From NCBI GenBank assembly GCA_963662715.1, contig OY759724.1, positions 930,001 to 962,000 on the forward strand: 32,000 nt of DNA, given 5' to 3'. The stretch's first letter is position 1. Each line of letters starts with the position of its first letter. Both the position numbers and the translations under genes were made by a program. The notes beneath the pieces are model-generated. The model had not been told where the DNA came from and made no database searches. It was given only the letters and a program-made list of their open reading frames with translations. Shown here in pieces: positions 1 to 7,820 of this stretch. This stretch comes from Candidatus Omnitrophota bacterium (GTDB lineage Bacteria; Omnitrophota; Gorgyraeia; Zapsychrales; JANLHA01).

Positions 1-301
1 TTCCGCAAAAGCCGGCCAGGGCGGAAAACATCCCCCCCGTTAAAAAAGCGAAAGGCACAAAAATCGCCAGATATCCCCGGAAGGCCAGAAAAAGGAGAAT
101 AACAAAAATGACGGAGAAAAATTTCCCGACAGCCACAAATTGTCTTCTCAAATATGCCCCTGCCCCTTCCCGGACTGCGGACGCAATCTCTTTCATTTCA
201 CTCGTACCTTCGTCTTCTTGATAAATTTTTTTGGTCAGGTAAAGACCATAGACCAATGCTCCTATCGATCCGAGCGGGACCAGGAAAAACAAATTGAACA
301 T
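1..301 (-). CDS. hppA: Membrane-bound H+/Na+-translocating pyrophosphatase, N-terminal 100 codons (5' partial; runs off the window edge)
   Basis: Not in the ORF track. Minus-strand translation from the ATG at 301-299 gives MFNLFFLVPLGSIGALVYGLYLTKKIYQEDEGTSEMKEIASAVREGAGAYLRRQFVAVGKFFSVIFVILLFLAFRGYLAIFVPFAFLTGGMFSALAGFCG. This fits the conserved N-terminus of M-PPases (TM1, then the MKEIA..I.EGA.AYL.RQ loop, then G..FS.LAGF.G). AAGGAGG SD at 306-312. Confidence 0.85.
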   Translation of the reverse strand, partial: MFNLFFLVPLGSIGALVYGLYLTKKIYQEDEGTSEMKEIASAVREGAGAYLRRQFVAVGKFFSVIFVILLFLAFRGYLAIFVPFAFLTGGMFSALAGFCG

Positions 302-416
302 ATGACCTCCTTTACTTATGAAGAATGGATATCTTCGAACGATTTGAGTTATTTGTCATTAAATGTTTTGGGGGAAATCATGATTCAAAACCACGTCCGG
401 CAACATTAAAGAATCA

Positions 417-497
417 TTATCCCTTATTAGGCTTGCGGCCGTGATTCGCCTTTTTAGAACGCCAGTTTAATTTGCCTCTTCGTTTCTTCTTGCTCAT
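417..497 (-). CDS. 26-aa highly basic micro-protein resembling ribosomal protein bL37 (ANHG-K/R-x-PN C-terminal motif)
   Basis: Hand translation gives MSKKKRRGKLNWRSKKANHGRKPNKG followed by TAA. A strong GAGGAGG SD at 507-513 lies 7 nt before the ATG. A sigma70-like promoter lies about 75 nt upstream. Too short for the ORF track. The bL37 resemblance is from my memory of actinobacterial bL37 sequences (..KANHGKRPN.). Confidence 0.55.
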   Translation of the reverse strand: MSKKKRRGKLNWRSKKANHGRKPNKG

Positions 498-571
498 CTC
501 AAAGCACCTCCTCTACCCTGCTAAACGTATATTTTCGCTGAATTAGGGAATAATATTAATTTAAAGATATA

Positions 572-599
572 TTTATAACAGTATTATGAAAAATTGCAA
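572..599 (-). promoter_or_regulatory. Candidate sigma70-type promoter for the micro-ORF and possibly hppA
   Basis: On the minus strand: TTGCAA (599-594), 16-nt spacer, TATAAA (577-572). Located in the AT-rich gap after the HAD gene stop. Confidence 0.35.
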
Positions 600-630
600 C
601 AAAAAAATTATCCCGCAGCCCTTAAAGCGG

Positions 631-1287
631 TCACCCGACTCCGTTCAAGTCCTGCAGAATATCTATCAGCTCCCGGATATCATCAATAACCGTCAGCGGG
701 TTTAACTCCTGCAATTCTTTTCTGGTCGATGACCCGGTCGTCACCGCAACGGTCTTGACCGCGGCGCGCTGCCCTGTCTGAACGTCAATCGTCATGTCCC
801 CGACATACAGGCTTTCCGAAGGATGGGCATCGAATTTCATCAATATTGTCTTTAAAATATCCGGGTACGGCTTCGGGCGGTGGACCCGGTCGCCGCATAA
901 AACATAATGAAAGTGTTCTTTCAGCCCCAGATGCCGCATAACGATATGCGAAAATTTTGTCGGGCGGTTGCTGGCAACCGCTGTCTTATACTTTTCCTTT
1001 TTAAGATAATTCAAAACTTTTTTGACGCCGGGCAGTGTTTTCGATCCTTTTTTAAGGGAAGTCTGGTGATGGCGGCGGTAGACATTCAGAACCTTATCAA
1101 TGTTTTCTTCCCCGACGAAACGCTGCAGGAGATGCCGGTCCCCCCACCCTACGGTCCGTTTGATCTGCTCGGCGCTTATGGGAGAAAACCCGAATTTCCT
1201 GAGGGTAAAATTGATGCTGCGTTCAACGGGCTTGTAAGCATCGATGAGTGTGCCGTCCAAGTCAAAGATAACAAGTTTGATTTTCAT
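631..1287 (-). CDS. HAD-superfamily hydrolase, subfamily IA (phosphoglycolate phosphatase-like)
   Basis: Motif I FDLDGTL, motif II VASN, motif IV GDMTIDVQTG. I prefer the ATG at 1287 (MKIKLVIFDLDG) over the GTG at 1308 used by the track. Confidence 0.85.
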   Translation of the reverse strand: MKIKLVIFDLDGTLIDAYKPVERSINFTLRKFGFSPISAEQIKRTVGWGDRHLLQRFVGEENIDKVLNVYRRHHQTSLKKGSKTLPGVKKVLNYLKKEKYKTAVASNRPTKFSHIVMRHLGLKEHFHYVLCGDRVHRPKPYPDILKTILMKFDAHPSESLYVGDMTIDVQTGQRAAVKTVAVTTGSSTRKELQELNPLTVIDDIRELIDILQDLNGVG

Positions 1288-1323
1288 AAAATGTCCCAGG
1301 TTCTCCACGTTTTTCCGGCTAAG

Positions 1324-1917
1324 TTAAAAATTCACGACGCCTCCGGACACCGTAAACTTTATGGCTTCCTCCACGGATAATTCCGTAAAAATAATATCTT
1401 TTCTCGGGATCATGATCACATACCCTGTTAAAGGCCCGGGCGCGCTCGGGACAAAAACATTGCAGAGGTCTTCGCGCAGCAGGGTGCGGACTCTCTGCCC
1501 GGTTTCATTCGTTAAGAATCCCAGGGAGTAAATGCCCTTCCGGGGATACTGCACGATGACCACCTGTTTAAAAGATAAGCGCTCCCGGGAAAACAAAAAG
1601 ATCGCAATTTCCTTCAAAGGCGGGTAAACCTGCCGGAAGAACGGGAGCTGCAGCAAAAACCTTTCAAAGCCTCCGTATAATTTTTTCCCGAAATAATTGG
1701 TCGCAAAGAACCCGATGAGCACAATAATATAAACGCCGATGATGATGCTCAATCCCTTAAAATAAAAACCAAACTGCTGCAGGAAATACGGCTCAATAAA
1801 CTGCCGCAGAAGGTTGTCAGCAAAATCCAGGCTCCAGACAAACAGATAGATCGTCAGGACCAGCGGCAAAAAAACGACCAGGCCGTAGAGGAAATATCTC
1901 CTGAAGCTGCTTAACAT
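1324..1917 (-). CDS. DUF502-family membrane protein
   Basis: Two N-terminal TM helices, then the conserved YPRKG..S.GF.T and P.AP.P.TG..I..P core typical of DUF502. I prefer the start at the ATG at 1917 (MLSSFRRYFLYG; GGAG 6 nt upstream). That start removes the overlap with the upstream gene created by the track start at 1998. Confidence 0.8.
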   Translation of the reverse strand: MLSSFRRYFLYGLVVFLPLVLTIYLFVWSLDFADNLLRQFIEPYFLQQFGFYFKGLSIIIGVYIIVLIGFFATNYFGKKLYGGFERFLLQLPFFRQVYPPLKEIAIFLFSRERLSFKQVVIVQYPRKGIYSLGFLTNETGQRVRTLLREDLCNVFVPSAPGPLTGYVIMIPRKDIIFTELSVEEAIKFTVSGGVVNF

Positions 1918-1931
1918 AGGAAACTCCGCAT

Positions 1932-2930
1932 TTATCTTAATTGATACATAATAACCATGCTCAACAGGAAAAAGAAGCCGATCGTCCAGGAATCCCACCC
2001 CACACCGGCCCAGGTTCTCTTCCGGCCCGATCTCATCCCCGCAAGGGCCACAAGGGTTAAAAGCACGCTGGAAAAAGCCGTGATAAGATGTCTCGCGCTG
2101 ACCATGGCCAAAAGAGGGCCCTTCCAGTAAAAGAGATCACAGACGGAAATAATGAACATATTCGACATGTTGCTTCCGAATATGTTCCCGACCGCCAGAT
2201 CCAACGCGCCCAGTTTCACGGCAGAGATCGTGACAACCATCTCCGGCAGAGACGTGACCAGGGCCAGGAAAAACGTTCCGACAAACGTGCGTCCCAGGTT
2301 GGTGACCTCAGCAATGGTGTCGGCCGTATTGGCCAGCCATACGGCACCGACGACGACCAACAGCGCGCTGCCGGCCAGGTTCAGGATGACCTGCGTCATG
2401 GAAACGGAAGAAACGCGCGGCGTCTCCCCCGCCCCGGACGGAGGAGCCTCTCCACCCTGGTTCCGGGACAGGATTTTCATAAACACAAAATACCCCGGAA
2501 AAACCAGCACACTGGCAAGGCCGAGAAATCCGACGGTTATCATCCGCTGCGGGCCCAGCCATATTTCAGAGATGATGAGAAAGACCAAGGTCAACGAAAA
2601 GACCGCCGGGTAAACATTCGCCGGAATGAAATGGATACGGTTCGTCACGGCCCCCTGCCGGTAAACAATGTCCATCACCAGGATCAAACACAAATTGAAG
2701 TTGTTGCTTCCGACCATGTTCCCTACGGCTAAATCCGGCGCGTTCAGAAAAACAGCTGCGGTCAGACTGGAAACAGCTTCGGGCAGAGAAGTGATGATCC
2801 CCAAAAGGACAATGCCGATCCAGACCTTTCCGACATTCAGCCGTTCACTCAGGATATCGGCATAAGTCGTCAACCGGACTCCCGCCAGGATAATTAAAAC
2901 GGCGCCAAAGATGAATTGTAGCCACAACAT
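1932..2930 (-). CDS. Ca2+/cation antiporter (CaCA family, YrbG-like Na+/Ca2+ exchanger membrane protein)
   Basis: About 10 TM helices. Two alpha-repeat signatures, GNMVGSNNFN and GNIFGSNMSN, sit in the two halves. Confidence 0.85.
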   Translation of the reverse strand: MLWLQFIFGAVLIILAGVRLTTYADILSERLNVGKVWIGIVLLGIITSLPEAVSSLTAAVFLNAPDLAVGNMVGSNNFNLCLILVMDIVYRQGAVTNRIHFIPANVYPAVFSLTLVFLIISEIWLGPQRMITVGFLGLASVLVFPGYFVFMKILSRNQGGEAPPSGAGETPRVSSVSMTQVILNLAGSALLVVVGAVWLANTADTIAEVTNLGRTFVGTFFLALVTSLPEMVVTISAVKLGALDLAVGNIFGSNMSNMFIISVCDLFYWKGPLLAMVSARHLITAFSSVLLTLVALAGMRSGRKRTWAGVGWDSWTIGFFFLLSMVIMYQLR

Positions 2931-2995
2931 ATAAAAAATAACACCGCGGGTTCTCTGCGTTAAAAATCAGGATAAACAAAAGCGCCCGGATCAGG

Positions 2996-3181
2996 CTATT
3001 CCTTAACCATGTACAAAAGGAGAAGACCGCCTAAAGCCACGGCCATACCCACAACCCCTTTAAAAAAAACAACAACGTCCGTCCACCAGATCAGAATCAT
3101 CACAATGCCGGCCAGCAAGACCAGGAATCCGGTAAGGAATAACGCCCCTTTATTGGCTTTGATCTTTTTATCTAATGACAT
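2996..3181 (-). CDS. Small two-TM membrane protein, unknown function
   Basis: 61-aa ORF with two clear hydrophobic helices, packed between neighbouring genes. The GGAGG lies only 1 nt from the ATG, so translation signals are poor. Confidence 0.45.
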   Translation of the reverse strand: MSLDKKIKANKGALFLTGFLVLLAGIVMILIWWTDVVVFFKGVVGMAVALGGLLLLYMVKE

Positions 3182-3190
3182 ACCTCCCCC

Positions 3191-4162
3191 TTACGAAAAC
3201 GTCTGACAGACAGGCTCTTCCGCGTTACGGCTCAGATCCCTGCCGACCGGATCCTGCTCTTTCTTCCAGCGTCTATGCATCCATCCCCATTCATGCGGAT
3301 ACATCCGGATAAACTTTTCAATGATACGTGTCAGGCGGGAGACATTCACTTGTATCGTATCTTCGTCCTTCTCGCATTTTTCAAAAAATATTTCCGGCTC
3401 GAGGATGATTTCCTGATGGCTGTCCTTCTGTCTGACACAAAAGACCGGCAGAACAGGAGAGCCGGTCCGGTTGGCGATCACAACGGCGCCCGGAGCCGTT
3501 GCGGCTTTCCGGTGAAAGAACTCCACCATAACACCGCCCTCGCTCCCGAAATGCTGGTCCATCAAAACGAACAACAATTCGTTATTCCTCAACACCTTCA
3601 AAGATTCCAGAACACAGCCCCTTCGGGGATGCGTATAAATCGTATGGACATTGACCCTGTTCATGATCTTCAGAATAATATCCGCGACCTTCTTGTCTCT
3701 CGCCCGGCGCATGATCACGTTGACTTTATACCCCATCTGGGCAAAATCCAGCATCATCAGAGGGAAATTACCGAAATGCGCGGTCACCAGGATCACCCCT
3801 TTCCCGTTCGCCAAAGCCCGGTCCAAATGCTCCTTGCCTTTGATAGAGAACGTCTGCTGGACTCTGTCCGGATAACGGGAATAATACAAAAGCTCAATAA
3901 TGCCTTTCCGGATATTCTTGAAACAATCATGAATAATATGCTCAATCTGCTCATCGGTCTTCTCCGGCCCGAAAGCGATCCTGAGGCTTTCCCGGGAAAT
4001 CTTCTTCAGACGCACAGTCAGGCGGAAGGCAAAAGAAAGCAAAAAATTCAGCAGGCCGCGGACAAGCGAAAAAGGCAAATGCTCAATCAGCCAGTAGGCA
4101 AAAATCATGCCGCTGCGCGCTGTGGCTCTTTTAAATTTTTTAGAAAAATTTTTAAAATTCAT
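3191..4162 (-). CDS. Lysophospholipid/lipid A acyltransferase family protein (LpxL/HtrB-like)
   Basis: N-terminal membrane anchor. The VTAHFGNFPLMMLD region fits the H-x4-D acyltransferase motif, and length and layout fit Kdo2-lipid IVA acyltransferases. Confidence 0.8.
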   Translation of the reverse strand: MNFKNFSKKFKRATARSGMIFAYWLIEHLPFSLVRGLLNFLLSFAFRLTVRLKKISRESLRIAFGPEKTDEQIEHIIHDCFKNIRKGIIELLYYSRYPDRVQQTFSIKGKEHLDRALANGKGVILVTAHFGNFPLMMLDFAQMGYKVNVIMRRARDKKVADIILKIMNRVNVHTIYTHPRRGCVLESLKVLRNNELLFVLMDQHFGSEGGVMVEFFHRKAATAPGAVVIANRTGSPVLPVFCVRQKDSHQEIILEPEIFFEKCEKDEDTIQVNVSRLTRIIEKFIRMYPHEWGWMHRRWKKEQDPVGRDLSRNAEEPVCQTFS

Positions 4163-4182
4163 GTCAGCACCGATATCCGGCG

Positions 4183-4665
4183 TTACCGTTTATACCCGAT
4201 CCGCCTTAAGAAATCCTTCCTCCAGGCCACATCTTCCTCTTCTTCTATTCCCGTGGGTTTAAGTCCGTCAATCACCCCCAGGATACCCCGGCCAGTGCCG
4301 TTATCCGCGAGAATAACGTCCAGTGGATTCGCCGTTGCGGCAAAAATCGAACAAACTTCGCACACGCCTTTCACGGCGTTCAGGATATTAATCGGGAACC
4401 CTTCTTTCAGACAAATCAGGAAAGCATGGCCGGCGCCGATCCGCAAAGCATTGTCGGCGGCCAGGGTTTTCATCCCGTCATCGTTCCCTTCAACGCGGAC
4501 TTTACAGGCCCCGGAGGCCTCACAGAAGGCAATGCCGAATTTCAATCCCGGAGCGGTCGAAATAATCGTTTCGTATAAATCTTCGACCGTTTTGATAAAA
4601 TGGGTCTGGCCAAGAATGACATTAACATTTTCCGGCTTTTCGATAGACACACGTACAATATCCAT
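4183..4665 (-). CDS. Adenosine-specific kinase family protein (PF04008-like)
   Basis: 160 aa, with the family-typical GQ.HFIKTVED..E...... FG.AF.EAS and AGH.F.I......PINVLN..K blocks. GGAGGAGG SD upstream. Confidence 0.75.
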   Translation of the reverse strand: MDIVRVSIEKPENVNVILGQTHFIKTVEDLYETIISTAPGLKFGIAFCEASGACKVRVEGNDDGMKTLAADNALRIGAGHAFLICLKEGFPINILNAVKGVCEVCSIFAATANPLDVILADNGTGRGILGVIDGLKPTGIEEEEDVAWRKDFLRRIGYKR

Positions 4666-4818
4666 GTGGCGCTTCCTCCTCCATAAGCATTGTCAGGTTA
4701 AAATGTTATTCTTGAAATATCCCAGGCTCTGCCGGTCAGGATGACACCGCAATCCCGTCTAACGTTCGGGTCTGCAGAAAAAACCCCGTGGATACGCAGG
4801 TCAGCAAACATGAATGAA

Positions 4819-5568
4819 TCACTTATATTTTGAAAATTGCTCAAGAATACGGCGTACTTCAGCCAACAGGGTTTTTGCATGGACAGGCTTTGTCAGATGT
4901 GAGACGGCTCCTACGGCCATTTCTGCATGAATATCGTCCAAAGAATCTTTCGCCGTTAAGAATATCACTGGAATATTTTGTGTTTCGGCCTCTCTCTTTA
5001 ACGTGGCGCAGACCTCCCGGCCCTTTATCCCGGGAAGAATGACGTCAAGGATAATCAGATCCGGCTTTTGCAATTTGGCAATCTGCAGGCCTTTTTCTCC
5101 CGACACCGCCGTTAAGACACTGTATCCGTTCGGCAGGAGAATGCCCTTGACCATCTTCAGGCTTCCCTCATCATCGTCAACAACCAGAATACTCTTCCGG
5201 ACATACTCCCATTTACGTTCGAACTCCAATTTCACTTTCGGAAGAATAAAAAACAAGATGGCGATATAATTCAGAAGGATAAAGGGCAGAATTTGCTTGG
5301 CCGCAAAAGAGATGTAAATCCCCAGGAAATAAAGCATCATCATGCCGTTTAAGACCATGAATACTTTTCTGGCCCAATCCTTAAACAGCATCATAATCAA
5401 AGAACAAAGCATCAAGGCGGAGAACAAGAGGAGAAGTATCCCCCGGTGGAAAGCGAGCGGAACAACCCCGAAGACGTCCGGATTAGCCAGAAGGGATAAC
5501 ATCGCTGTGCCGTACAGAATGATAAAAAGGCTAATAATAGTGGCAACAGTTTTTTTGTTCTTGGTCAT
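4819..5568 (-). CDS. Membrane-anchored response-regulator receiver protein (4 TM + REC, no output domain)
   Basis: The C-terminal 125 aa have all REC hallmarks: VVDDD, phospho-acceptor D in IILDVILPG, T in FLTAK, K in LTKP. The N-terminal ~120 aa form four hydrophobic helices. Confidence 0.8.
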   Translation of the reverse strand: MTKNKKTVATIISLFIILYGTAMLSLLANPDVFGVVPLAFHRGILLLLFSALMLCSLIMMLFKDWARKVFMVLNGMMMLYFLGIYISFAAKQILPFILLNYIAILFFILPKVKLEFERKWEYVRKSILVVDDDEGSLKMVKGILLPNGYSVLTAVSGEKGLQIAKLQKPDLIILDVILPGIKGREVCATLKREAETQNIPVIFLTAKDSLDDIHAEMAVGAVSHLTKPVHAKTLLAEVRRILEQFSKYK

Positions 5569-5600
5569 GTGTCTCCTCCCGGTTATCCACGGCGCCCTGC

Positions 5601-5987
5601 TTAGCTCTGAAGAGACTTATTCAATGAAAGCAAATACCACCCAACCACAGCAGCGACAGCCAAAGGAGTTAAATAGTAAATTTGAAACGCGCTTTGCGTC
5701 CGAAAGACCATCATAATCATGGCCCCGCTGATCACGACAGTAAGAGCGACGACGATATAATGCAAGAAACGCCACAGATGGTTCCCCATCAAAGAGGTGA
5801 TCGCGGCCACCATAAAGAATCCCGCAGGAACGGCCAGGGACAATAAGAACCAGTCATTGATCGAATACTGGGTGTCCTGCGTCGTCATCTTATGCAAAAA
5901 AACCGGAATGGCAAATAACAATATCCGCGCGGCCACAACGACTTCAGCCCATAGCATAATTTGTAGAGACATCGGCTTTTTTTTCAT
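5601..5987 (-). CDS. Four-TM membrane protein, unknown function
   Basis: 128-aa ORF with four hydrophobic helices. GGAG lies 9 nt upstream of the ATG at 5987. Confidence 0.6.
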   Translation of the reverse strand: MKKKPMSLQIMLWAEVVVAARILLFAIPVFLHKMTTQDTQYSINDWFLLSLAVPAGFFMVAAITSLMGNHLWRFLHYIVVALTVVISGAMIMMVFRTQSAFQIYYLTPLAVAAVVGWYLLSLNKSLQS

Positions 5988-6073
5988 TATTCATAACTCC
6001 TTTGCTAAAAAAAATTTTTGATTTTTCAAGCGGATAGTTTAACTTATTTTTTTTCATTATACAAGAACAAATA

Positions 6074-7780
6074 TTAACTGGCACGTACTTTTAATATTAT
6101 TATTCCGTAACCTATTAATATGAAACATACTAGTACAAAGACATCACCGAACACGGAATAAAAGGATTCATATCCCAGCAACTGGACCTTGCCTGTAGAA
6201 AAACCATCGACAAAAACTTTCTGATGTTCCGCATCCTGGACAAAACCATAGAGATCCCCGGTAGGGTCGATAAAACACGTCACTCCGGTATTGGCGGCTC
6301 TGATAAGATAACGGCGGCAGGACACAGCCTGAAACACGGCGGCCTGCAGATGCAGCCAGGGAGCTTTTTTCGCCAGGAACCAGGCGTCATTCGTGATATT
6401 CACCAAAAGGTGCGTTCCCCGGCGCACCAGTTTCCTAGAGACGGGGGCCACCGTATCTTCAAAACAAATAAGGACCGACAGGAAAGAATCCATGAGTTCA
6501 TACGCGTCCGGGGTTCCTGCCGGCGGGGAATCAGGGGAATCGGCCGCTGTTCGCGACCTGCGCAAGACAGGAAACAATGTCTCGACCTGCCCGGGCTGAA
6601 AATCCAGGATCGGGATAAGCGCGCCTAAAAAAGGGAATTGTTTACGGAAGGGGATATATTCCCCGAACGGCACCAGGTGCAACTTATCATGTTTTTTATG
6701 AACCTCCCCGTCAGGGGTCATAAGAAAAGCCGAATTAAAATACCGGTCCTCTCTTTCCAAAAGGACGGCTCCGAAAAGCAGCGGGACATGCATCCTTTTA
6801 ACGTCCTCCTGCAGCTTACGGAACATCTCCATGGATTCCCAGAGGTAGCCGGGGAAAGCTGTCTCCGGCCAAATCACCAGGTCCGGTTTTTGGGCCACAG
6901 CTTCCTGCGATAATGAGACATAACTCTGCATGATTTCCGGCCATTGCAAGGGCAGCCATTTCATGCGCTGAGGGATGTTGCCCTGCACAAGTGCGACCTT
7001 TAATTCCCCCCTGGATTGATAGTCAACGGCGTGACGGCAATGTCGCAGCCCGTAAGACAAAACAAGCCCCGAGACCAGGATGAGGACGAGCAAAGGGACA
7101 AAAATTTTCCGGTCTTTTAAAGTGCGGTTCTCCACAAAGAACTCTTTGAGGAGATCCATGAGGACAAGGTTAACGAAAACGATCAGGAAAGACACGCCGA
7201 AGACACCCGTGATATCGGCGATCTGGATCACCGGTAAAAACCGGTACTGCGAATGCCCCAGACTCGCCCATCCGAACCCCGTAAAGAAACGGTCCCGGAC
7301 AAACTCCAGAACAACCCATAAACTCGGGATACAGAAATATCTCTTCCAGGATGAAAGCTTATAAAGCACGGCGCAACCATAACCAAAAAGGCCGAAGTAA
7401 AGGGCGAGATAGGCCACCAGGGCGACAACAGCCATAACGGCCAATATCAGAGGAATGCCGGCTGTTTCATGCATGGCGATAAACCAGTAAAACATCCCTA
7501 AGAAAAAAAGGCATCCGGTAAAATAACCGAGCTGAAAAGCTTGCCGGGGGGACTTTTCTTCAAAATCCCACATCATCGGAATCAGGGCTACCCAGGCAAG
7601 TCCGAAGAAATCAAACAAAGGGTAGGACAAGACCAGCAGGACAGCCGTTAAAATGCAGAGCAGGCCGGAATAGTGGAAAAGAAAAGGAAAAAAACTCCGC
7701 TCTTTTTCCTCAACACCAACCCCAAAATTAAGACTCGGGTGCAGGTCGTCTTCTAATTCCGTGTTATAAGGCACGTTCAC
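6074..7780 (-). CDS. lnt: Apolipoprotein N-acyltransferase
   Basis: N-terminal polytopic membrane domain plus a C-terminal CN-hydrolase domain, with KVALVQGNIPQ, VIWPETAFP (catalytic E) and LICFED (catalytic C). The start codon is GTG at 7780. Confidence 0.85.
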   Translation of the reverse strand: MNVPYNTELEDDLHPSLNFGVGVEEKERSFFPFLFHYSGLLCILTAVLLVLSYPLFDFFGLAWVALIPMMWDFEEKSPRQAFQLGYFTGCLFFLGMFYWFIAMHETAGIPLILAVMAVVALVAYLALYFGLFGYGCAVLYKLSSWKRYFCIPSLWVVLEFVRDRFFTGFGWASLGHSQYRFLPVIQIADITGVFGVSFLIVFVNLVLMDLLKEFFVENRTLKDRKIFVPLLVLILVSGLVLSYGLRHCRHAVDYQSRGELKVALVQGNIPQRMKWLPLQWPEIMQSYVSLSQEAVAQKPDLVIWPETAFPGYLWESMEMFRKLQEDVKRMHVPLLFGAVLLEREDRYFNSAFLMTPDGEVHKKHDKLHLVPFGEYIPFRKQFPFLGALIPILDFQPGQVETLFPVLRRSRTAADSPDSPPAGTPDAYELMDSFLSVLICFEDTVAPVSRKLVRRGTHLLVNITNDAWFLAKKAPWLHLQAAVFQAVSCRRYLIRAANTGVTCFIDPTGDLYGFVQDAEHQKVFVDGFSTGKVQLLGYESFYSVFGDVFVLVCFILIGYGIIILKVRAS

Positions 7781-7820
7781 CCCCTAAAAAAACCAACATT
7801 GAAATCACTCTTCAGGGATT

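Noticed and set aside
140-409. 89-aa plus-strand ORF at the left edge.
   Set aside because: It overlaps the antisense strand of the hppA N-terminus, which has unmistakable M-PPase motifs, and extends into the hppA 5' leader. It has no SD and no family resemblance.
601-633. Short GC stem (CCGC ... GCGG) followed by a T-run on the minus strand right after the HAD gene stop; a possible terminator.
   Set aside because: Only 4 bp pair cleanly with a 10-nt loop, which is below what I would accept as a rho-independent terminator.
640-660. GTTCAAGTCC, resembling a tRNA T-loop.
   Set aside because: The flanking bases (CTCCG / CTGCA) cannot form a T-stem, there is no acceptor or anticodon arm, and the site lies inside the HAD coding region. 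I found no tRNA-like structure in any intergenic gap.
3275-4744. 489-aa plus-strand ORF, the longest plus-strand ORF in the track. Similar long plus-strand ORFs occur at 19648-20397, 2088-2732, 907-1380, 8596-9105 and 29725-30240.
   Set aside because: Each lies antisense to a minus-strand gene with clear family motifs. Their translations are low-complexity and rich in R, P, S and H, with no recognisable domains and no SD. These are typical shadow ORFs of GC-rich coding sequence.
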